Shown in pieces: positions 7,998-17,321 of a stretch of 38,695 bases of DNA. The stretch spans positions 1 to 38,695 of the forward strand of contig CAYZXR010000003.1 in assembly GCA_964482475.1 (NCBI GenBank), written 5' to 3'. The translations under genes and the position numbers were made by a program. The DNA comes from an uncultured Planctomycetia bacterium (GTDB lineage Bacteria; Omnitrophota; Gorgyraeia; Tantalellales; Tantalellaceae). Below the pieces are notes generated by a model. The model saw nothing but the letters and a program-made list of their open reading frames with translations, had not been told where the DNA came from and made no database searches. The stretch's first letter is position 1, and the number at the start of each line of letters is the position of its first letter.

Positions 7998-9373
7998 CAC
8001 TTGCCTCCTAAGTAGCCCCACAAAGGTCCATCATGATAGTATTTTCTCAAGATTTCATACATTTTGTCCGAACTTTTTATTCCCATTCCGGGAACAATAC
8101 ATTTAGGATTACCGCTCGCGAATTCTGAAACCTTTTTCAATAATGTATCGTGAGGAATATTTTTAGATAAATAAAAATGTGGTGTCAAAAGATCGTTTTC
8201 TTCAGAGATGATCTTTTCTTTGAGTGCCAGATTTTCCAGAGCGGTTCCGGGATAAATCCTTATTCCCACCATAGCTATAATCGCGTTACATTCCAGGCGT
8301 TCTATGTTATCAAACGCTTCCTGCAATGTTTCGATCGTTTCTCCCGGACCGCCGAACATAACATAATGAGCGTATTTTATTCCGGATTCTTTGCATAATT
8401 TTGAAGTTTTGAATACATCATCCAACGTAAAAGACTTTCCGAGTTGGGATAAAACCTTAGCAGACAGCGCGTCGGTTCCGAATTCGATGTTTTCGCAGCC
8501 TGATTTCTTCATAAGCTTTAACAAATCCTCGGTCATATTTAGCGGATTTGCGAAACAGCTCCATTTTGCGGTAAGTTTTTTCTTTATTATGCTTCGGCAG
8601 ATATCTTCCGCGTGGTCTGCCGGAAAATTAAAAATATTATCAACGAAGAAAAAATGGTTTATATTATATTTTTTGTGAGCCTGCTCTATTTCGTCAGCGA
8701 CAATTTCCGGGTCACGTAATCGGTATTTCTTACCTTCCAAAATCGGGTATGTGCAATAACTGCAACTAAATTGGCATCCGCGTTTGGTCTGGATGTTTCC
8801 CATGCCCCCGGAGGCAGAATAGAACTTATTATCTACCAAATCTCTATCAACAACATAATTGCTATTCTCTTCATGAGTTACTCTGTTTGTGTGTAGTTTG
8901 CCTTCTTTAACCCAGATTACGTTATCAATATTACTGAAATCTTTTTTGCCGAGTTCAATTGACCTAAGAAGTTCTGGTAGCGCGTTCTCTCCTGCGCCTA
9001 TAACGCCTATGTTGCAATTTAAGTGTTTCAGTAGTTTTTCCGGAAATATGGAAAAAGCTGAACCTCCTAAAATGACAGGAGCTTGTGATTGTTCGTGTAA
9101 ACTATCGATTGTTTTCTTGATATCAGTAAGATACGAAATTATTCCGGGATAACTGAGGTTGTCGATATTGCGGATCGAAGCACCTATTACATCAGGGGAA
9201 AACTCCGAAAAAGCTTTTTTGATAGTAGAAGCTATATCATAACTGGTACATAGGTCGACCATGCGTACTTCATGCTTTTCTCTTCGAAGGACTTCCGTCA
9301 AATACAGAATACCCAACGGTGCCACCGGATAAGGTTTTTGTTCCCTATTTACTGAAACTAATAAAATTTTCAT
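7997..9373 (-). CDS. B12-binding-domain (class B) radical SAM enzyme
   Basis: 458 aa. N-terminal MKILLVSVN...PLGILYL B12-binding-type domain and CX3CX2C motif KRGCQFSCSYCTY. ATGA overlap with the upstream gene. Confidence 0.85.
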   Translation of the reverse strand: MKILLVSVNREQKPYPVAPLGILYLTEVLRREKHEVRMVDLCTSYDIASTIKKAFSEFSPDVIGASIRNIDNLSYPGIISYLTDIKKTIDSLHEQSQAPVILGGSAFSIFPEKLLKHLNCNIGVIGAGENALPELLRSIELGKKDFSNIDNVIWVKEGKLHTNRVTHEENSNYVVDRDLVDNKFYSASGGMGNIQTKRGCQFSCSYCTYPILEGKKYRLRDPEIVADEIEQAHKKYNINHFFFVDNIFNFPADHAEDICRSIIKKKLTAKWSCFANPLNMTEDLLKLMKKSGCENIEFGTDALSAKVLSQLGKSFTLDDVFKTSKLCKESGIKYAHYVMFGGPGETIETLQEAFDNIERLECNAIIAMVGIRIYPGTALENLALKEKIISEENDLLTPHFYLSKNIPHDTLLKKVSEFASGNPKCIVPGMGIKSSDKMYEILRKYYHDGPLWGYLGGK

Positions 9374-10677
9374 TTAATCATCTTGGCAATTTTTCTTATT
9401 GTTAAATTAAACCCAATATTCATCGGCCAAACAAAAGATTTGAGCGCTGTTGTATTTTTTAACCGTCTAAACATGCTTTTTAATGAATATGCTCTTTTGT
9501 ATGCCCACAAGTACCCGTCTTTTAATTCTTTCTCTGTCATATTCTTTGGTTTGAATACGACATTAGATGTATCATAAAGCTCCCAATTGCAATGATGAAG
9601 CCGACCTTCTTCCTTGTATTGATCGTAAAATCTTGTTCCGGGATATGGGGTTAAAATGCCCAGATATATTCCCTCCAGTTTTGCTTTTTCCACGAATTCG
9701 ATACATTTCGCGAAAATGCTTGTATCATCCCCGTCAAATCCAAAAACAAAAGCTCCCATTATTCCCAGACCATAACTATGGATTTTCTCCACGGACTCTA
9801 GGTAATCGGAGACTTTATTAGCTTTTTTAGCGACATCCTTAAGGACATCATCAGACAATGATTCAAACCCTATAAGAAATCCCATGCAGCCACTATCGGC
9901 GGCCAGTTGCAATAGTTCATCGTCTTTGGCTACATTTATTGAAGCCTGTCCGAGCCAATTAAGTTTATACGGTTTAATTTTTTTGAATAGTTCTTTAGCA
10001 TGTTCTCTGTTACCGATAATGTTATCATCAACAAAGAATACGGTATTTTTAATACTGAATCTTCTTTTTGTTGTTTTAAAGGTCTTTATTTCATCAACAG
10101 CGTCATCAACGGGACGAAGTCTGTATTTTCCTCCAAAAAAACGGGTAACAGAACAAAAATGGCAACCAAAAGGACATCCTCTTGTCGTTTCGACAAACTC
10201 CACCGGTGCGCATTTTTCCTTGTTTACAAGATCTCTTCTAGGAGGTATCAGTTCTGTTAAATTCATAAATTCATCTGCTTGATATGTTTTCTGAAGTTTT
10301 CCGTTTTTCACATCTTCAAGCAGTAACGGCCAGATCTTTTCACCTTCACCTATGACAACGGAGTCCGCGTGTTCCAAAATCTCATTTGGAAGCGCACTGG
10401 CATGCATCCCGCCCATTACAACCTTTATCCCTTTTGTTCTGAATTCATCGGCAATCTGATAGGCCCGCGGAGCAAGAGGGGTCATAACTGTTATTCCGAC
10501 AAGGTCGTATTTTTCATCAAAATCAATTTTATCGACCCTTTCATCAATCAGTACAATTTCCACATCCTTTGGAGTATATGAAGCCAGAGTGATAAGACCT
10601 AGAAACGGGAGATTAAAGGCAAAAGATTTACCCAAAACATTGTTTGACGCAATCGGTAACACTAATAATATTTTCAT
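9370..10677 (-). CDS. B12-binding-domain (class B) radical SAM enzyme, second copy
   Basis: 435 aa. DLVGITVMTPLAPRAY..GIKVVMGG B12-type domain and CX3CX2C motif TRGCPFGCHFCS. ATGA overlap. Confidence 0.85.
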   Translation of the reverse strand: MKILLVLPIASNNVLGKSFAFNLPFLGLITLASYTPKDVEIVLIDERVDKIDFDEKYDLVGITVMTPLAPRAYQIADEFRTKGIKVVMGGMHASALPNEILEHADSVVIGEGEKIWPLLLEDVKNGKLQKTYQADEFMNLTELIPPRRDLVNKEKCAPVEFVETTRGCPFGCHFCSVTRFFGGKYRLRPVDDAVDEIKTFKTTKRRFSIKNTVFFVDDNIIGNREHAKELFKKIKPYKLNWLGQASINVAKDDELLQLAADSGCMGFLIGFESLSDDVLKDVAKKANKVSDYLESVEKIHSYGLGIMGAFVFGFDGDDTSIFAKCIEFVEKAKLEGIYLGILTPYPGTRFYDQYKEEGRLHHCNWELYDTSNVVFKPKNMTEKELKDGYLWAYKRAYSLKSMFRRLKNTTALKSFVWPMNIGFNLTIRKIAKMIK

Positions 10678-11711
10678 TTGTTAACCTTCCAGCATGTTGG
10701 ATCACTCGCGAGATAATCCCCGGTAAGTGCATATGCGGTTCCTCGACACCCATAACATTCATCGTTTAAATCGCATGTTTTGCACGGTCCTTTTATATTT
10801 TCTTTAATGTTGCACAGATCACGATGTACTTTGTTGTTTTTTAAAATATTCTTCAGTTTTTCTTCTCTGATGTTGCCCATTTTAATATCTATACCAACAC
10901 ATGGGAGAACATATCCTTGGGAGTTGATCAGACAGCTGTATAAATGTCTTTTGCAGGAAAACCCTGCGATGGGAGGATGCGGTTTCCAGTACAGGCCGTA
11001 TTCATCGGCGTCAATTTTCGCTAAAGTTTCAAAAATTTCCTGTGTTTCTTGTTTGGTGATTAAAAGATCCTCTCTGTTGGTCGCAAGGCCAACTCGTGTT
11101 AGGCATTCCATGTATGGCATAATTTCTCTTTCTCGCGCCCAGCGCCATATATTAGGGATATCTTCGATATTTTGTCGGCATATGACGCTTTCTATGCAAA
11201 GAATATGATTCTGGTCGGGATAACCCGCCTCAGAAAGGGATTCCATCCCTCTTTGCATTGAATCATACGATCCGCTGACTCCAGTAAGCCAGTCATAGAT
11301 TTCTGGATTTAAACTGTTATATTTCACGACTACCGTAAGATTGTTTTCATAGAAGAGTTGAGCTGTTTTTATGTCGATTAAAGTGGCGTTTGTAAATAGA
11401 ATATGGTCCATTTTTAACTTGTGTACATATTTCATAATGTCGATAAACTTAGAGTCTAGAAGCGGTTCCCCCGCGCCAAGATAAATTATCTTTCGAGCAC
11501 CCAATGCTTTAGCCTGGCTGATAATGTCATACATCTCTTCGATTTCAAGTTCATCTCTTTTTAGAAATTCGGCGCCTGAATAACAATAGACACATCTTAA
11601 ATTGCACCTACTGCCGAATTCAATTTCAAGTGACAAAAGAGCATCATTTTTGAGGTTTGTGTTTATCTCTTTGTCGCTGAATCCGAAGACATTTCTGAAA
11701 TTTTTAATCAT
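10674..11711 (-). CDS. Radical SAM enzyme with C-terminal SPASM-type Cys cluster
   Basis: CX3CX2C motif GSRCNLRCVYCY. C-terminal CLINSQGYVLPC ... CKTCDLNDECYGC ... C pattern. The start is uncertain: ATG 11711 (overlap ATGATTAA with the upstream stop), 11723, or the full ORF start 11813, which would overlap the ligase gene by 110 nt. Confidence 0.8.
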   Translation of the reverse strand: MIKNFRNVFGFSDKEINTNLKNDALLSLEIEFGSRCNLRCVYCYSGAEFLKRDELEIEEMYDIISQAKALGARKIIYLGAGEPLLDSKFIDIMKYVHKLKMDHILFTNATLIDIKTAQLFYENNLTVVVKYNSLNPEIYDWLTGVSGSYDSMQRGMESLSEAGYPDQNHILCIESVICRQNIEDIPNIWRWAREREIMPYMECLTRVGLATNREDLLITKQETQEIFETLAKIDADEYGLYWKPHPPIAGFSCKRHLYSCLINSQGYVLPCVGIDIKMGNIREEKLKNILKNNKVHRDLCNIKENIKGPCKTCDLNDECYGCRGTAYALTGDYLASDPTCWKVNK

Positions 11712-13017
11712 AATTTGCTCCATGTTGTCTGTTATCAATAAACATCCGTATTTTTCTTCTGTTTTCGCCGTTGGTTTGTAACCATTCAACTTCCTTGATA
11801 GATACCAACTCAACTTCCGGGGTAACTCGTGCGTGTGCTTCGATTTTTCTCAAAACTTCTTCCTTTATCCTTTTATGCTTTCGCTTGCAACCTATCTTAA
11901 CTACTATCTTGTCTGTATAGTTATCTCCAGTATATGCTTCTACAATATGGTTGTGTACTCCTTTGATGCTTAGCACAGCGTTTTCTATAGTTTTCGGGTA
12001 GAGTTTAACTCCTTTAAACTTCATCATTTGAGCTTTTCTGCCGAGGATTGGACCGATCCTGGAAGAATTACGGCCACATTTACATTTTCCTGTCAGTTTA
12101 AATGTTATATCCCCGGTTTTATAACGCAATAGCGGCATTCCTCTGCTTTGAAGTGTTGTAAGAACCAGTTCTCCGATCGTTCCATCCGGTACGGGATTGT
12201 CATCATCATCCAGGATCTCTGATATGATTAAATCAGGGTGTTCATGTCCACCGGTTTTTTCTTTACATTCACAGAAAGAAATTCCGCATTCACTGTTACC
12301 GTATGTTGAATATAAATCCACTGGCCATTTTTTAGATATAAGCGAACCCAGTCTATTTAAACTAAAATCCTCATTTCTAATGCTTTCACCAACCAGCAGA
12401 GCTTTTTTAATAGAACTCTTTCGGGGGTTGCCCCCTTCCCCTTCAATTGCATCAGCAAGCTTTAAAAGAAAAGAAGGAACAGTAACTATCCCCGTAGGGG
12501 TAAGTTGTTGTATAAGTTGCTCTTGTTTCTTCACATTACGCATTCCCGCCCGAAAAACAGTCGCTCCAAGCTGAGTTATCCCCAGATAATACGCCATTCC
12601 CGCCATAAATAAGTTGTCAAGTGTGACTGCTATATGAAATTTATCTTTTTTAGTCACACCGGCGCAATAAAAGCTCCGTTCCTCATTTAAGGCCAATCGA
12701 TTCAAATCCGACGCGGTAAGCGCAATGAACACCGCTTTACCAGTCGTGCCAGTAGTAGAAACTATTTCGACTATATCATCTACTCCATCGCAGAAAAACT
12801 TACGGTTATTTTTCTGTATCTGGTTTTTTGTTGTAATAGGCAGCTTTTGAATATCATTCAGATTCTTTATGCTTTTGACTAAAGAGGTCATTTTGCTCAA
12901 CCTCTTTTTATAAAAAGGTGAATGTTTCGTTACATATTTTATTGTTTCTTTGAGATATTCAACCTGGGCTTTTTCTATATGAGCCCTGCTTTTAAACTCC
13001 AGCTTTTTTGTGTCCAT
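11704..13017 (-). CDS. Adenylate-forming enzyme of the phenylacetate-CoA ligase (PaaK) / coenzyme F390 synthetase family
   Basis: 437 aa. P-loop-type motif VSTTGTTGKAVF, with the length and layout of the COG1541-type family. Confidence 0.75.
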   Translation of the reverse strand: MDTKKLEFKSRAHIEKAQVEYLKETIKYVTKHSPFYKKRLSKMTSLVKSIKNLNDIQKLPITTKNQIQKNNRKFFCDGVDDIVEIVSTTGTTGKAVFIALTASDLNRLALNEERSFYCAGVTKKDKFHIAVTLDNLFMAGMAYYLGITQLGATVFRAGMRNVKKQEQLIQQLTPTGIVTVPSFLLKLADAIEGEGGNPRKSSIKKALLVGESIRNEDFSLNRLGSLISKKWPVDLYSTYGNSECGISFCECKEKTGGHEHPDLIISEILDDDDNPVPDGTIGELVLTTLQSRGMPLLRYKTGDITFKLTGKCKCGRNSSRIGPILGRKAQMMKFKGVKLYPKTIENAVLSIKGVHNHIVEAYTGDNYTDKIVVKIGCKRKHKRIKEEVLRKIEAHARVTPEVELVSIKEVEWLQTNGENRRKIRMFIDNRQHGANYD

Positions 13018-13031
13018 CTTTTTTGTTGCTC

Positions 13032-14021
13032 CTATTTTTTCATCACGACAGATATATGACTTCCATAACTGTCTTCATTTACAAATAAAATTTCCGTGGG
13101 CACAATGTCCCCATAGCGCTCTTTCAAAACTTTATTGCCTTCTAAAAATGAATTTCCTAACATTATACCTAATACCCCGGAAGCGGAAAATGTATTTCCG
13201 AATATGGAGCCCAGATCAACATGCAGACCTGATTTATCCCCGATTTTCTCTTCATCATCTTCTATTGTGAAGCTTCGCCCAAAACTGCTGCCCTTGTTTA
13301 TAAGTACATGTCGAATCTCATCCTTTGAACCGTCGCTTTCCCTGAAGCCATGATAAGGTTGCTCTATTTTGGCGTACATGCTTTTCCCAGCAGTTTTCGT
13401 ATCTTCCGCTCTTTCAAGTACGACAGCAGCACAACATTCCTGGCGAAACCCGCAATTATTCAATTCGACATCAAAATCATCGCAAAAGAAATTAGTTCCC
13501 ATAATAATGACTACGTCTGTTTTTCCCAAGGCAAGAAGATCTCTGCCCGCTATCATTGCTTCAGACGCAGCTGTTACTCCATTAGAAAAAGTAATATTGG
13601 TTCCTTTTATCCCAAACAAAATAGATAAGCTGGCAGAGACAGCATTAGCGGCCGTATAGGGAAAGACTGAGGGGCTGGTAAGCTCTGGCTCGCTTTCTTT
13701 GAATATCTTAAAAAACCCTGATTTAAATTCTTCTATTTCGTATGAACTGCCGAATAAAATTGATACTCGGTCAGCGTTCTTTTCAGTTATCTCAATCTGT
13801 GCGGCTTTGAGAGCTTTTAGCAAAGTAAGAGCCGCAATCTTCTGAACACGGTACATTTCATAAGGACCTTTTTGCATGGTATCAATCTCTGTCTGAAACA
13901 TTGAAGGATCTATTTTCGGGGTAATCTCCTCACCCTTCAACATCGCGTCAAGCCAAGGGTTCAGTCCTTCACCTAAACTTGTAATGCAGCTTGATCCACT
14001 TATTACTATGTCCTGATTCAT
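13032..14021 (-). CDS. Ketosynthase-like protein lacking the catalytic Cys/His (chain-length-factor-like partner)
   Basis: 329 aa with thiolase-fold-like sequence. SNGVTAASEA sits where KS enzymes have ACxS. No HGTGT or GHxxGA motifs. Lies immediately downstream of a complete KS. Confidence 0.7.
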   Translation of the reverse strand: MNQDIVISGSSCITSLGEGLNPWLDAMLKGEEITPKIDPSMFQTEIDTMQKGPYEMYRVQKIAALTLLKALKAAQIEITEKNADRVSILFGSSYEIEEFKSGFFKIFKESEPELTSPSVFPYTAANAVSASLSILFGIKGTNITFSNGVTAASEAMIAGRDLLALGKTDVVIIMGTNFFCDDFDVELNNCGFRQECCAAVVLERAEDTKTAGKSMYAKIEQPYHGFRESDGSKDEIRHVLINKGSSFGRSFTIEDDEEKIGDKSGLHVDLGSIFGNTFSASGVLGIMLGNSFLEGNKVLKERYGDIVPTEILFVNEDSYGSHISVVMKK

Positions 14022-14026
14022 AATCT

Positions 14027-15235
14027 CTATTCTTCCTTGAAAATTAAAACGCTGTTCTGCCCGCCAAATCCGGCAGCTTGCACCATCGCCATATTAACCT
14101 TTGTTTCACAAGATCCTTCAGTTACATAATTCAAATCACAATCGATATCAGGCGTTTTGTAATTTATTGTCGCCGGAATGATGTTGTCTTTAATCGCTTT
14201 TATACAGCATATAGCACCCAAAACGGCTGACGCACCCATAGTGTGTCCAATCATGGATTTTATCGCGCTTATTTTAGGCGATTTCGAGTCTTCTCCAAAG
14301 GCCAGTTTTATTGCTTTTGTTTCCGCCAAGTCATTATGATGTGTGCCAGTTCCATGTGCGCAAATGTAATCAATATCCCGCGGTTGTACTCGGGCGTTAC
14401 TTATCGCTTCTGAAATGGCTCTTGCTAATCCTTTTCCCTCCGCATGGGGACGAACAAGGTGATATGCGTCAATAGTTGAGCTTTCTCCCGCCAGGGTGCA
14501 ATATATATCTGCATTACGCGCCAAAGCGTGCTTTTTCTCTTCCAGGACGAGAACACCCGCACCTTCTGAAACGGCTAACCCTGTACGGTTTTTATCAAAA
14601 GGCCGCACTTTTCCGTCTTTAGTGAGGGCGCCGATAGCACTAAATCCTCTAAACAAAAATTCACTTAATATTTCAACTCCGCCTGCTAACATAATATCCG
14701 CGCGACCGTTCCTGATCTCATTCGCGGCCAAGAGCACGGCGTCGCTGCTGGAGGAACAAGCTGTGTTTAGCGAAAAATTTGGACCTTTAAAATTAAATAA
14801 TTCCGCCACAAATCCCGGGACAGCCTGCATCGAAGATCCTTTTAGAAGTTTATGATCCTTTTTCTTGTCTGTGAAAAATGCCTTTTCCAGATATTGCTCT
14901 TCGAGATCGATACAGCCCAACACGCTTCCACAACAAATACCAACTCTACCGACATTCCCAAGTATTCCGGAATCTTCGACAATTTGCTTAACCGCTAAAG
15001 TAAACAGCTTGACTGCCCGGCTATGATCATCGGGTACCAACCCTTTTAGGTGTTTTTCAAGCCCAACCAGTTCACCGCCAACCTGGCATTCAAATCCTTT
15101 TACATCAATAGATTCGATAGCCTTAAGCCCGTTATCTCCGCGGCACAGGCCCTGCCAGAAAGCGTCAACTCCTCTTCCATTATCTAACGGAGTTACCGCG
15201 CTTATCCCTGTTACAACTATTGTTTTGTCGGCCAT
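14027..15235 (-). CDS. Beta-ketoacyl-ACP synthase (FabF/FabB family)
   Basis: 402 aa. Active-site motifs NTACSSSSDA, AHGTGT, GHTMGASA and GFGGQNS. Confidence 0.9.
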   Translation of the reverse strand: MADKTIVVTGISAVTPLDNGRGVDAFWQGLCRGDNGLKAIESIDVKGFECQVGGELVGLEKHLKGLVPDDHSRAVKLFTLAVKQIVEDSGILGNVGRVGICCGSVLGCIDLEEQYLEKAFFTDKKKDHKLLKGSSMQAVPGFVAELFNFKGPNFSLNTACSSSSDAVLLAANEIRNGRADIMLAGGVEILSEFLFRGFSAIGALTKDGKVRPFDKNRTGLAVSEGAGVLVLEEKKHALARNADIYCTLAGESSTIDAYHLVRPHAEGKGLARAISEAISNARVQPRDIDYICAHGTGTHHNDLAETKAIKLAFGEDSKSPKISAIKSMIGHTMGASAVLGAICCIKAIKDNIIPATINYKTPDIDCDLNYVTEGSCETKVNMAMVQAAGFGGQNSVLIFKEE

Positions 15236-16309
15236 TTATATAACCCTTTTTCTTTTCCAAAACTCCCTATATACCTTAAAATATAGAATTGAACCTATTT
15301 GACGCACTAAAGATCTTAACAATGATCTGTCACCTAGACATTTTTGACAATATGGATGAACAACCTTTAACTTGTCAAAACCGTGTATTACTTTTTGAAC
15401 TTCGTCTTTTTTTAATGCTTCGATTATCGATATGTCTTTGATGTTTCCGAAAGCTGTCTCTCCGTTATAATCCACACAGCAGAAACTTAAATCCCCATTC
15501 CACAACACACTGAAATGGTCTCGCAATCCGTGGCAATATCCTATTTTTGCTTTGCTTATTTGTTCATCACGTAACCCCGCATGCACCCAATCACCCATTA
15601 CACGTGCTTCCAATATGAATTTGTCGGTTAGCTTAACCTGGCTCCATCCTAGTACATTAAGTCTGAGTAGTTGCTTTTCGACATCTTGCCGATTCTTGAG
15701 CAGTTCTTCTTTAATTGCGGTGTCTTCTATTTTTTCGGTTATAATGTCTATCCACTGGCAAAAATATTCTTTCAATTCTTTATTGCTATCAATTACTTTT
15801 GTGTCACAACCCGGCATAAGAACTTTTCTGAATGGTGTTGTCAGAAAGGATAGCGCTACATGAGTTTTGCGGCTATTTTCTAATATCCTGGCAATTGAAG
15901 ATGATATTATAGTTTGGTATTCATTGAACATCATATTTGCTTTTCGCAGTTTGAAAGATTGCTTCTCCGGGGTCTGAGCCGAAAAAATGATATGGTCAAT
16001 ATTGCTTTCAGCCAGTTTCATGGTCTTTTCATTTGTCATCAACGAGCCGTTTGTGGTAAGACACACTCTTAATCCCTTGCTATGTATGTAGTTAATAGCT
16101 TCGGTAAGATATTCACATAAAAGCGGTTCTCCCATTACATGCAACAATATTGTACTGGTCAGTTGTTCTCTCGATATCTCATCTATTGCCTTCTTGAAGA
16201 GATCGAACTTCATATCTCCTCGTTCTCTGGACATTATTTCATCCGGACAGAACTGACACGCAAAGTTACATTTATTTGTTAATTCAACATGTATTCGTTC
16301 AAATTTCAC
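15236..16309 (-). CDS. Radical SAM enzyme with partial SPASM/twitch-like C-terminus
   Basis: 357 aa. CX3CX2C motif TNKCNFACQFCP. C-terminal WNGDLSFCC and YCQKC patterns. Its stop is directly abutted by the next ATG (TAAATG). Confidence 0.85.
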   Translation of the reverse strand: MKFERIHVELTNKCNFACQFCPDEIMSRERGDMKFDLFKKAIDEISREQLTSTILLHVMGEPLLCEYLTEAINYIHSKGLRVCLTTNGSLMTNEKTMKLAESNIDHIIFSAQTPEKQSFKLRKANMMFNEYQTIISSSIARILENSRKTHVALSFLTTPFRKVLMPGCDTKVIDSNKELKEYFCQWIDIITEKIEDTAIKEELLKNRQDVEKQLLRLNVLGWSQVKLTDKFILEARVMGDWVHAGLRDEQISKAKIGYCHGLRDHFSVLWNGDLSFCCVDYNGETAFGNIKDISIIEALKKDEVQKVIHGFDKLKVVHPYCQKCLGDRSLLRSLVRQIGSILYFKVYREFWKRKRVI

Positions 16310-17321
16310 TTTCGTAGCCTCCCAACAAAAGACTGCCTATCGATCCTAGCTTAGTAAAACTTTGTACCTGTATTTTACTCTGTTTTTCTTTGAATACCTT
16401 TAGAACAGCAAGAATTACTTTAAACGCTTCACCCGCTGTGAATGTGGACGCGAATTTATCCGAATAATCAATTACCGGGATTGTTTCCTTTGCCTTTTTT
16501 AAGATCATATCCATTCCCTGGCGGCATTCTTCGCTATCCCAGCACGATGTTATTATTTGTCCGGGGGTTTCCTCTTTCACTAGACCATTCAATATTTCTC
16601 GATAGCTTTCTATTTGAGAATAGTTCAGAGTATTAACTTCCATTTCTAAAAGTTGGGCATATGGTTTTGCGGATCTTTCTTTCACGGATCGCGAAGATTC
16701 AAGGACAATAACACCGCTCCCGCCAAAACTATCCGATATCTTCCTACTATCCCTTGAGCAATTGCGATAAGACTCGGCAAGAACATCGTTATAGACGTCT
16801 ACACCGCCCACTACGCAGACATCAATGACACCTTCGGTAATTAGTTCTCCGCCACACTTTATAGCCTGTAAAACAGCATTGTATCCGGTCAATGTTGTCA
16901 CGGGTCCGCAAATTTTGAATATGTTCCCTACATAACTTGCCATTGTATTCGGCAAAGAGTTGGAGAAAAGCAAAGGGCTAACCATATGCGCGTCTCCGAT
17001 GACCATCTCTTGATGATATTCCAATGTATACGCAAGCGGACCATGTGTAGTTGCCATCACCATGCCTGTCTTTTCAGGTGCGTATTTCTTCAGGTCTACG
17101 CCGGCGTCATCTATTGCCATTTTAGCGGCAACAGCCGCGAAGCAAGAGTTTTCATCCGCGCGGCGGAGCATTGTTGTGTCTATATAATCATCAAGACTAA
17201 AATCGGACATCTTCTTTTTGACTCCATCCGAACGATCGAAGAACTCTGTAAACTCAAGTTTCCCCGCGCCGAAGTCACCTATGCAGCCTACTCCTGTTAT
17301 GAAAACACTTTTACTTTTCAT
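16299..17321 (-). CDS. Ketosynthase-like protein lacking the catalytic Cys/His (second CLF-like partner)
   Basis: 340 aa. TGYNAVLQA at the position of the active-site Cys, and no HGTGT. 11-nt overlaps on both sides. Confidence 0.7.
   Translation of the reverse strand: MKSKSVFITGVGCIGDFGAGKLEFTEFFDRSDGVKKKMSDFSLDDYIDTTMLRRADENSCFAAVAAKMAIDDAGVDLKKYAPEKTGMVMATTHGPLAYTLEYHQEMVIGDAHMVSPLLFSNSLPNTMASYVGNIFKICGPVTTLTGYNAVLQAIKCGGELITEGVIDVCVVGGVDVYNDVLAESYRNCSRDSRKISDSFGGSGVIVLESSRSVKERSAKPYAQLLEMEVNTLNYSQIESYREILNGLVKEETPGQIITSCWDSEECRQGMDMILKKAKETIPVIDYSDKFASTFTAGEAFKVILAVLKVFKEKQSKIQVQSFTKLGSIGSLLLGGYESEI

Noticed and set aside
9884-10282. Plus-strand ORFs of 60-142 aa throughout the window (for example 6800-7138, 9884-10282, 10780-11208, 12197-12574, 14496-14855, 16986-17339, 19295-19654, 37426-37779)
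   Set aside because: All lie antisense within long, motif-rich minus-strand genes. Their composition is low-complexity and stop-poor, as expected for shadow frames. None has a recognisable motif or an RBS.
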